Source: a virus | Reading direction: 5' to 3' (one strand) | Length of the DNA: 64,000 nucleotides | IMG/VR virus record: IMGVR_UViG_3300011115_000879 | Coordinates: 95,568-159,567 of that record | Shown: positions 49,851 through 57,058 of the stretch, piece by piece | Layout of the letters: every line of letters begins with the position of its first letter | Numbering within the stretch: the stretch's first letter is position 1 | Position numbers and translations under genes: made by a program | Notes under the pieces: generated by a model | Database searches by the model: none | Told to the model about the DNA's origin: nothing | Seen by the model: the letters and a program-made list of their open reading frames with translations, nothing else

Positions 49851-50206
49851 CCGCACAAGGAAATGTTTTATATCACTATACGGAAGAATGGCAATTGAAA
49901 AAAATTATAGAAAGTAATATTTTAAAAGGACCTGTTAGCCTAACTAGAAGTAAAGACTCAATTGTAAAAAACTGGATGGGGAATGTACCAATAATAGTTT
50001 TAGATAAAGATAAATTACGTACTAATTATAAAATAAAACCATATCAAAGTTATGATGATGAAGGCAATTTTGAAGATGAAATGGAAGAAGTAATAGATAA
50101 AAGTATTACTAATTTAGACAAATATATAGTTAATATTATTTTACCTAAAGCTAACCCAGAAATTGAGTCTTTATTAAAAGAAAAAAATATTAAATTCACG
50201 TTATGA
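49820..50206 (+). CDS. Tagged (MIKLIDLLNE) putative ADP-ribosyltransferase-fold protein
   Basis: LYHYT...II....L / VSLTR / EDEMEEVI / KYI; distant paralog of 49171..49809. Confidence 0.5.
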   Translation: MIKLIDLLNEAAQGNVLYHYTEEWQLKKIIESNILKGPVSLTRSKDSIVKNWMGNVPIIVLDKDKLRTNYKIKPYQSYDDEGNFEDEMEEVIDKSITNLDKYIVNIILPKANPEIESLLKEKNIKFTL

Positions 50207-50376
50207 AATTAGAAGAACTAGATAAACAAGTTAAAGATCTACAACAAGTAGACTTTAGCCAGTATACACCAGAACAACTAAATGAACTGGTAGATAAGTT
50301 ATTATCATTTGTGGATGAAGGAGAAACATTATTAGAAAATATAAAAATAGAAGACAATGAATCAGACACTATATAA
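50203..50376 (+). CDS. Small acidic hypothetical protein (not in ORF track)
   Basis: MKLEELDKQVKDLQQVDFSQYTPEQLNELVDKLLSFVDEGETLLENIKIEDNESDTI; ATGA overlap with the previous stop. Confidence 0.55.
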   Translation: MKLEELDKQVKDLQQVDFSQYTPEQLNELVDKLLSFVDEGETLLENIKIEDNESDTI

Positions 50377-50566
50377 TATTGCTTACATTGTAGGTTTAGT
50401 AGCACTATCCATAGTAGTTTTAGGATTTCCATTAATGGTAGTATGGAACTGGCTAATGCCTACTATATTTAATCTACCAGAAATTACATTCTGGCAAGCA
50501 ATAGGACTTAACTTCCTATCAATACTACTATTCAAACCAACAATCAAAACAAACAATAAAGATTAA
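50357..50566 (+). CDS. Small membrane protein
   Basis: Two hydrophobic segments, WNWLMP.IF.LP.ITFWQA.GL. Confidence 0.65.
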   Translation: MNQTLYNIAYIVGLVALSIVVLGFPLMVVWNWLMPTIFNLPEITFWQAIGLNFLSILLFKPTIKTNNKD

Positions 50567-50567
50567 T

Positions 50568-51026
50568 ATGTTTCAATCAACAAAATTATTTGACGGATTT
50601 AGCTGTGTATTCCGTCAATGGAAAGCAGAAAGTACACACTGCCGATTTCTCCACGGTTATGGAGTATCATTCAGAGTATGGTTTGAAGGCGAATTAGATG
50701 AGAAAAATTGGATTTGGGATTTTGGAGGTATGAAACGCGCTAAAGGTACTATCGATGGTATGAATCCTAAAGCATGGATGGATTATATGTTCGATCACAC
50801 TACAATTGTAGCAGAAGATGACCCAGGATTAGTAGGCTTTAAAACAATGGATCAACTAGGAATCGCTCAAGTTAGAGTAATACCAGCAGTTGGAGCAGAA
50901 AAATTTGCAGAGTATATCTTTAACAAACTAAATCCATTCATCCAAGAAGAAACTGAAGGGAGAGTTAAGGTGAAACGAGTAGAATTTATGGAGCATGCTA
51001 AAAACACAGCTATATATGAAGGTTAG
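50568..51026 (+). CDS. queD: 6-carboxy-5,6,7,8-tetrahydropterin synthase
   Basis: HCRFLHGY, WDFGG.K, FDHT, E.FA.Y, E...N.A.Y. Confidence 0.85.
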   Translation: MFQSTKLFDGFSCVFRQWKAESTHCRFLHGYGVSFRVWFEGELDEKNWIWDFGGMKRAKGTIDGMNPKAWMDYMFDHTTIVAEDDPGLVGFKTMDQLGIAQVRVIPAVGAEKFAEYIFNKLNPFIQEETEGRVKVKRVEFMEHAKNTAIYEG

Positions 51027-51038
51027 AATTAAATAGTT

Positions 51039-51278
51039 ATGACACCAAAAGAAAAAGCAGAGGAACTGATAGAAACGTTTTATTACCCTACTTTAAAATG
51101 GGCATTAATTCATGCTAAAGAGTGTGCCTTAAAAGCAACAGATGAGGTATTAAAAGAATTATCACCATTAGAGCAACATCCTTTAGGAACTTATACTAAT
51201 CCAAAAATAGAGTATTGGCAAGAAGTAAAACAAGAAATAGAAAATTATAATAAAAATGAGGGAGACAGTAAAATATAA
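51039..51278 (+). CDS. Small hypothetical phage protein
   Basis: MTPKEKAEEL...AKECAL.A.DE...YWQEVKQEIE. Confidence 0.6.
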   Translation: MTPKEKAEELIETFYYPTLKWALIHAKECALKATDEVLKELSPLEQHPLGTYTNPKIEYWQEVKQEIENYNKNEGDSKI

Positions 51279-51298
51279 TATTTATTATAAATAATATT

Positions 51299-51913
51299 AT
51301 GATAGGTATCTATAAAATTACAAATCCTGAAAATAAAGTCTATATTGGTTATACTACAAACTTATATAAACGTGAAAATTATTATAAGGTAAATAAAGGT
51401 ATAAGACAAACTAAATTATATAATTCTATTATTCAACATGGTTGGGAACAACATAAAGTTGAATTAATTGAAGAATGTATTAAAGATGAATTAAGAGATA
51501 AAGAACAATATTGGATTAAATGTTATGACAGTTGGAATAACGGCTTAAACTCAAATCCAGGAGGTGGTGGAATAATAACACATACTGAAAAAACAAAACA
51601 ACTTATAAGTAAAAAAGGACGAGCTCATAAAGGAAAACGAATTGAATCTCATTGGAAAGGTAAAAGTAGAGGTGAAGAATTTGCTTACAATATGTCATTA
51701 GCTAGAACAGGTAAATCTAACCCTAAAAATGCTAAACAAGTATTACAATACGATATAGAAGGAAATTTCATTAAAGAATGGTTTTCTATCAGAGAAGCCA
51801 ACTTATATTTAGGTAAGAATAAAGATAGCGGGCATATAAACGCATGCTGTAAAGGACAAATTAAATCAGCTTATAAATTTAAATGGACATATAAATATGA
51901 AGAGATTTCATGA
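51299..51913 (+). CDS. GIY-YIG homing endonuclease with NUMOD-type C-terminal DNA-binding domain
   Basis: MIGIYKITNP..KVYIG, E..WI, V.QYD..GNFIKEW.SIREA...I.ACCKG; own promoter motif; overlaps the next gene by 17 nt. Confidence 0.9.
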   Translation: MIGIYKITNPENKVYIGYTTNLYKRENYYKVNKGIRQTKLYNSIIQHGWEQHKVELIEECIKDELRDKEQYWIKCYDSWNNGLNSNPGGGGIITHTEKTKQLISKKGRAHKGKRIESHWKGKSRGEEFAYNMSLARTGKSNPKNAKQVLQYDIEGNFIKEWFSIREANLYLGKNKDSGHINACCKGQIKSAYKFKWTYKYEEIS

Positions 51914-52682
51914 GATGCCTTTATCATTAATGCATCATAGTAAAGAATGGACAGATGGAGAATATTGCTTACCACATCTAGTAGATAAATACGAGCAATA
52001 TAGAATTCATTTCCAAGTAGCACGTTTAAATAAACGTTTTATTATGATGGATAATGGTTTATTTGAAGGAGTAACACATACAACTAAAGATTTACTATCT
52101 AAAATTAATCTAATCAGACCAAATATATTCATTGTACCTGATGCTTGGAATGATTCAACAACTACCTTAGTAAATGCTAAAAACTGGATATTAAATCATA
52201 AACCTAAACTACCAGAAGGAACACATTTAATGGCTGTACTACAAGGTAAAACATTAACTGAATTAATAACTAGCTATCAAACGCTAGTAGATATGGGATA
52301 TAAACATATTGCTTTTAACCATTCTAGTATTGCTTATCAGGATATGTATCTTGGATCAGGTGTTTTAAAAGCTCAAATGCTTGGTAGGATAGAATTAATC
52401 AGGAAATTAGTAGAAACAGATACAATTGTTAAATCAGCCTATCATCATCTACTAGGATGTTCATTACCTCAGGAATTTATGACCTATAAAGATTGGGACT
52501 TTATTAAATCAGTAGATACATCAAACCCAATTCTAGTAGGAGCTGAAGGTAAACGCTATGAAGATAAAGGTATAGATTGGAAACCAGCTGAAAAACTAGA
52601 ATATTATTTTGAGAAAGATTTAAGTGGGCAAAAAGAAGATATTATGTTTAATGTAAACAAATTTAAACAATTTATAAAATAA
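51897..52682 (+). CDS. dpdA: DpdA-like (TGT-fold) DNA 7-deazaguanine transglycosylase
   Basis: MDNG.F, VPD, MAVLQG, HHLLG, SVDTS TGT-like motifs; located within the queD/queC/queE/folE cluster. Confidence 0.65.
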   Translation: MKRFHEMPLSLMHHSKEWTDGEYCLPHLVDKYEQYRIHFQVARLNKRFIMMDNGLFEGVTHTTKDLLSKINLIRPNIFIVPDAWNDSTTTLVNAKNWILNHKPKLPEGTHLMAVLQGKTLTELITSYQTLVDMGYKHIAFNHSSIAYQDMYLGSGVLKAQMLGRIELIRKLVETDTIVKSAYHHLLGCSLPQEFMTYKDWDFIKSVDTSNPILVGAEGKRYEDKGIDWKPAEKLEYYFEKDLSGQKEDIMFNVNKFKQFIK

Positions 52683-52688
52683 AAAGTT

Positions 52689-52967
52689 ATGGTATCATTA
52701 TTTGATTATTTAGGCAGCGCAGCTGGAAACGAATTAGGAAAAAAAGTAGCAGAATACGCTAAAATCAGAAAAGCTAAATATGGTATTAAAAATGTAGAAA
52801 ATAAAGCTTATAAAGGTATTGTTCTGATGTACGAACATGACTTTATTAAAGAATTCTTTGAAGTACAAAATTTATTTAAAGGAAAACAAGAAGATTATAC
52901 CGAAATTAATACAATGTTGACGGAAGAAAGCTTCAAACAACACTCAGACGAAGGATTAGTATATTAA
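52689..52967 (+). CDS. Hypothetical protein
   Basis: SLFDYLG.AAG.ELGK.V...A, Y.G.V.MY...F..EFF. Confidence 0.55.
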   Translation: MVSLFDYLGSAAGNELGKKVAEYAKIRKAKYGIKNVENKAYKGIVLMYEHDFIKEFFEVQNLFKGKQEDYTEINTMLTEESFKQHSDEGLVY

Positions 52968-52970
52968 TAA

Positions 52971-53004
52971 AGGTTCGTAACTCCATAACCTACAATACCG
53001 GAGT
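52971..53004 (+). promoter_or_regulatory. H-type pseudoknot upstream of queC (preQ1-I riboswitch-like candidate)
   Basis: S1 AGGTT(52971-75)/AACCT(52987-91); S2 ACTCC(52980-84)/GGAGT(53000-04); begins GGTTCGTAAC. Confidence 0.35.
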
Positions 53005-53025
53005 ATATATTTTAATTATTTAGAA

Positions 53026-53883
53026 ATGAGAAAACAAGCAGTATTAAGTCTGTCAGGTGGGATGGACTCCTCAACACTATTACTTCATTTACTAGCAAAT
53101 GGTTACGAAGTAACAGCATTAGGATTTGATTATGGTCAAAAACATAAAGTCGAATTAGAACGAGCAGAATCATTAGTAGAGTATATTAATGATATTATGT
53201 TTAGAACTAAACAAGACAACTATGTAAAACACCAAATTATCAAATTGGATGGACTATCTAAATTATTAAATTCAGCATTAGTTGAAGGTGGTAAAGATGT
53301 TCCTGAAGGTCATTACGAGCAAGACAACATGAAAGAAACAGTTGTCCCTAATCGTAATAAAATCTTTAGTTCATTAATTCAAGCAGTTGCATTATCTCTT
53401 GCAACTAGAGATTTAGGAGATGGACAACTAGAAAAAAGAGATGTAGCTATTGCATTAGGAATCCATGCAGGTGATCATGCTATCTATCCAGATTGTAGAC
53501 AAGAGTTTAGAGATGCAGATATGGAAGCATTTAGAATTGGAAATTGGGATAGTGAATTAGTATCGTTTTACACTCCATACTTAGACACTGATAAATTCGG
53601 TATTTTAAAAGATGGAGAAGAATGTTGCAAGCAACTAGGATTAGATTTTAATGAAGTATATGCTCGCACAAACACATCTTACAAACCAATTAAATTAACA
53701 GACGGTATTTGGCTATCTGATTTTAAATCAGCAGCATCTGTAGAACGTGTAGAGGCCTTTATTAAATTAGGTCGTCCTGATCCTGTATTATACGGTGAAG
53801 TATTAGAAGACGGTATAAGAACAGTTAAATGGGAAGAAGTAAAAGCATCAGTACAAGCAGTATTAGATTCTCACACAAAATAA
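53026..53883 (+). CDS. queC: 7-cyano-7-deazaguanine (preQ0) synthase
   Basis: SLSGGMDSST, FDYGQKH..E, VVPNRN, GIHAGDH.IYPDCR.EF. Confidence 0.93.
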   Translation: MRKQAVLSLSGGMDSSTLLLHLLANGYEVTALGFDYGQKHKVELERAESLVEYINDIMFRTKQDNYVKHQIIKLDGLSKLLNSALVEGGKDVPEGHYEQDNMKETVVPNRNKIFSSLIQAVALSLATRDLGDGQLEKRDVAIALGIHAGDHAIYPDCRQEFRDADMEAFRIGNWDSELVSFYTPYLDTDKFGILKDGEECCKQLGLDFNEVYARTNTSYKPIKLTDGIWLSDFKSAASVERVEAFIKLGRPDPVLYGEVLEDGIRTVKWEEVKASVQAVLDSHTK

Positions 53884-53884
53884 G

Positions 53885-53916
53885 TTTGGAGAATACAAAG
53901 TAGTAAATTATCTTTA
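53885..53916 (+). promoter_or_regulatory. Candidate Bacteroidota-type promoter
   Basis: TTTG-N20-TATCTTTA. Confidence 0.5.
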
Positions 53917-53937
53917 ATTATAAACAAAAACACAGTT

Positions 53938-54174
53938 ATGAGTTATCAAACAAAAGTTCGTGCAAATTACATGAACAGAACAGCAAAATTAGCTTTCTTT
54001 AAAGCCCGCAGACGTACAGGTGATGTTACTAAAGTAGCAGAAACAACCGGCTACTCAGTTAGTCATGTATCTAATACAATTAGTGGCGCTAGAAAAATTA
54101 ACAATACAATTGCAGATTCAATGTATTCGTTGACACGTCGTCGCATTAAAAACAGTGAATTAACAAACGCTTAA
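53938..54174 (+). CDS. Small basic HTH-like DNA-binding protein
   Basis: VTKVAETTGYSVSHVSNTISG.R helix-turn-helix pattern; has its own promoter and terminator. Confidence 0.6.
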   Translation: MSYQTKVRANYMNRTAKLAFFKARRRTGDVTKVAETTGYSVSHVSNTISGARKINNTIADSMYSLTRRRIKNSELTNA

Positions 54175-54185
54175 TTCCAATATCC

Positions 54186-54225
54186 AAGATCCCGGTTACC
54201 CCGTAAGGTAATTGGGATCTTTATT
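54186..54225 (+). terminator. Intrinsic terminator
   Basis: AAGATCCCGGTTACC-ccgtaa-GGTAATTGGGATCTTT. Confidence 0.8.
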
Positions 54226-54240
54226 TATTTAAACTAAAAC

Positions 54241-54420
54241 ATGGAGGATAAACCAATGAAGTGCATTAAGAATTTAAAAACAGGAAACATTATCAGAGTA
54301 ACTGATCAACAAGCAGACCAAACAGTAGGTAGAGAATGGAAATTCGTTCCTAAATCAGAGTGGAAAAACAAAGACACTGCTGAAGTAAGTCATCAAGTAG
54401 AAACTAAAAAAGCTAAGTAA
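54241..54420 (+). CDS. Small hypothetical protein (not in ORF track)
   Basis: MEDKPMKCIKNLKTGNIIRVTDQQADQTVGREWKFVPKSEWK...KKAK (59 aa). Confidence 0.55.
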   Translation: MEDKPMKCIKNLKTGNIIRVTDQQADQTVGREWKFVPKSEWKNKDTAEVSHQVETKKAK

Positions 54421-54542
54421 TGGAAGCAATCCTTCACACACTAGGTTTATGTGGAGAGAAGCACATAAATCTTATAGCACTATTATCTGAATGGCCAAGT
54501 CTATTTCATACATTCAGCTACATTAAAAATATATTTAAATGA
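54420..54542 (+). CDS. Small hypothetical protein (not in ORF track)
   Basis: MEAILHTLGLCGEKHINLIALL...IFK (40 aa); TAATG and ATGA overlaps on either side. Confidence 0.45.
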   Translation: MEAILHTLGLCGEKHINLIALLSEWPSLFHTFSYIKNIFK

Positions 54543-55402
54543 GTAAAATTGATTCAAATAAACTACTAATCAGTAGCGACTTCTATTCAGTACAAGGTGA
54601 AGGTATATCAACAGGTATTCCAGCATACTTCGTCCGTCTAGGTAATTGTAATCTAACATGTGGAATGTCTAGGTTATTTACTAATAGCTTACTGAAGGAA
54701 GCAGCATTAGCTGATGGTGAAATCTTTAAAGGAGATTTAGAATTAGAAGGTAAAGCATCGTGGACTTGCGATAGTACCTCACAATGGTTATGGCGTGGTG
54801 AGAATAAAGACTTTCAATATCTAATCGATCAATGGAAAGAGCAAGGTATCTATGATGATATTAAGAACGGTACTATCCATATTATTTGGACTGGTGGTGA
54901 ACCTACAATTAAAGGTCATCAAGAGGCTATTGTTAATTTCTTCCAATACTGGAGATTATTAGTAGATCCAGAAATCGAATTTGCATATAGTGGCTACCAA
55001 TCAGCTATTCCATTTAATGAAATAGAAACTAACGGTACAGTACCTATAGACGGACCTTTGTTTAGATTGATTGATCAAATCAACTGCTCTCCTAAGCTAT
55101 CTAATTCAGGTATGACAGCTAAGCAACGTATCAATCCAGAAGCAATCGAGCGTATTAAACAACATTCCAATTATCAGTTTAAATTTGTAATTAGCAATGA
55201 AGAAGACATTAAAGAACTATTCCGTGACTTTGTCGTACCATTTAGTATACCTCTTTCCAACGTTGTTTGCATGCCAGGACTAGATAGTCAGACTGATTTT
55301 CATGAGCGTACTCAATTTGTACTAGAGATGGCTAAGAAATATAAATTTAGAGGAATGACAAGATTACACATTTCAGCTTGGGATAAAACACTAAACGTAT
55401 AA
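54539..55402 (+). CDS. queE: 7-carboxy-7-deazaguanine synthase (radical SAM)
   Basis: FYSVQGEG...G.PA.FVRL..CNL.C ... CDS, TGGEP, EIETNG, SPKL, RLH. Confidence 0.9.
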   Translation: MSKIDSNKLLISSDFYSVQGEGISTGIPAYFVRLGNCNLTCGMSRLFTNSLLKEAALADGEIFKGDLELEGKASWTCDSTSQWLWRGENKDFQYLIDQWKEQGIYDDIKNGTIHIIWTGGEPTIKGHQEAIVNFFQYWRLLVDPEIEFAYSGYQSAIPFNEIETNGTVPIDGPLFRLIDQINCSPKLSNSGMTAKQRINPEAIERIKQHSNYQFKFVISNEEDIKELFRDFVVPFSIPLSNVVCMPGLDSQTDFHERTQFVLEMAKKYKFRGMTRLHISAWDKTLNV

Positions 55403-55403
55403 T

Positions 55404-55799
55404 ATGAAAAGAATACCTACCCTGATTAATAAGTGGATTGCTAGTAAACTTGGATATAAAGTAGCAATGGTAAAAGAAAGAAATCCAACTACTACTATTG
55501 CAGGAGATAAAGAATTACTTGGGTATGTAGATATACAGGGATACTTATTCAGAAATGAACTCCTATCGCGTATTCAGCCAAGTAAGGCTCCTACAACTGC
55601 TAAAGAAATGTTTTTAACTGATCCTAAAACATACAACATGATAGAAACTTGGGATGAAATCTACGACCAATATTACATGGATGAATATCCTACATTTGGA
55701 GGACCGTTCACCGATGCAAAAACATTTAGGGAGTGGTTAGAAATATACTACACACCTCCAGTAAGAAAAGATAGAGGTGAAGAAGCAGAAACAAATTAG
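55404..55799 (+). CDS. Hypothetical protein
   Basis: 131-aa ORF in the dpd cluster. Confidence 0.45.
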   Translation: MKRIPTLINKWIASKLGYKVAMVKERNPTTTIAGDKELLGYVDIQGYLFRNELLSRIQPSKAPTTAKEMFLTDPKTYNMIETWDEIYDQYYMDEYPTFGGPFTDAKTFREWLEIYYTPPVRKDRGEEAETN

Positions 55800-55819
55800 T
55801 ATATTTAAAATAAAAAATA

Positions 55820-56452
55820 ATGGAATTACTTAAAAAATCAAACGGCAACTTAGCTCGAACGCCAGAAGAAATTGAGCAAATGATTGATAAAGCAGCTACA
55901 GCATACTCTAGTTTCTTAGAAGCAGTAGGATTCGATCATACAGCAGATAGACAAACAGAAGATACACCACGTCGTGTTGCTAAAGCATGGCTTAAGGATC
56001 TAATCGTAGGTTCAGTAACAAACGAACCAAATATCACCACATTCCCTAACGATGAAGGATATGATGGATTAGTAATTCAATCAGGTATTCCTATCACTAG
56101 TATGTGTGCACATCATAATCTAGCATTTACTGGGTATGCTACAGTAGCGTATGTACCAGGCGAAACTGTAATTGGATTAAGCAAATTAAATCGTATTGTT
56201 GAATGGTTCAGCCGCAGACCACAAATGCAAGAATCATTAACACAACAAATTCATAGTTACATTTCTGATAAGATGGATTGCCCATCAGTAGCAGTAAGTA
56301 TCGCTTGTAAACACACATGCTGTTCACATAGAGGTATTAAACATGCATCTGTAATGTCTACAAATAAATTTTCAGGCGTATTTATGGAACCTGATAATCT
56401 AATCAGAGAAGAATTACTATCAGCAATTGAATTAAACGGAACTAAATTTTAA
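55820..56452 (+). CDS. folE: GTP cyclohydrolase I
   Basis: TPRRVAK, SMCAHH, IGLSKLNRIV..F.RRPQMQE.LT.QI, H.C...RG. Confidence 0.95.
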   Translation: MELLKKSNGNLARTPEEIEQMIDKAATAYSSFLEAVGFDHTADRQTEDTPRRVAKAWLKDLIVGSVTNEPNITTFPNDEGYDGLVIQSGIPITSMCAHHNLAFTGYATVAYVPGETVIGLSKLNRIVEWFSRRPQMQESLTQQIHSYISDKMDCPSVAVSIACKHTCCSHRGIKHASVMSTNKFSGVFMEPDNLIREELLSAIELNGTKF

Positions 56453-56456
56453 TTAT

Positions 56457-56972
56457 ATGTTAAACGCAGCACAAATTATAGACGAAGGTCTATTGAAATT
56501 AAAACATACACAAGGTAAAGTAGCACAAGTAGGATACGATCTAACACTTAAGCAAGTAAATGAAGTTGGTGGACGACAAGGTCTAACAAGTGAACGCATT
56601 GGTAGAGTATTAAAGGAACAAACCCACCTAACAAATTACACACCATACCCACTAATGAATTTAGATGGTACTAATGGTTGGTTACTATATCCCGGAACAT
56701 ATGACATCACATTCAACGAAGGATGTAAATTACCAGATAATAGAGTAGCATTCATTAAACAACGTTCATCACTATATCGTAATGGTGCAGTTATTAATAG
56801 CCCAGTATTTGATCCCGGTTTTGAAACAGAATTCATGGGTACTATTATGTACGTACATGAAACAATATTCATTGAAGAAAATGCAAGAGTAGCACAAATC
56901 TACTTCCACGAATGCCAACCAGCTGAAAAATATGATGGTCAATGGCAAGGTGATAAACAACGTACCGCTTAA
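56457..56972 (+). CDS. Trimeric dUTPase / dCTP deaminase family protein
   Basis: GYDLT, RSSL.R.G, FDPGF, RVAQI.F, YDGQWQG. Confidence 0.8.
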   Translation: MLNAAQIIDEGLLKLKHTQGKVAQVGYDLTLKQVNEVGGRQGLTSERIGRVLKEQTHLTNYTPYPLMNLDGTNGWLLYPGTYDITFNEGCKLPDNRVAFIKQRSSLYRNGAVINSPVFDPGFETEFMGTIMYVHETIFIEENARVAQIYFHECQPAEKYDGQWQGDKQRTA

Positions 56973-56998
56973 AATCCCAATGTAAACTGCAATAAAGT

Positions 56999-57025
56999 AT
57001 AGCTCCTCATAATGAGGGGCTATTT
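56999..57025 (+). terminator. Intrinsic terminator
   Basis: ATAGCTCCTCAT-a-ATGAGGGGCTATTT. Confidence 0.75.
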
Positions 57026-57032
57026 ACTTTGC

Positions 57033-57040
57033 ATATTTAT
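57033..57040 (+). promoter_or_regulatory. Putative late promoter motif before the isolated fibre gene
   Basis: ATATTTAT right after a terminator and 19 nt before the ATG. Confidence 0.65.
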
Positions 57041-57058
57041 ATGTAAATACAATACACA

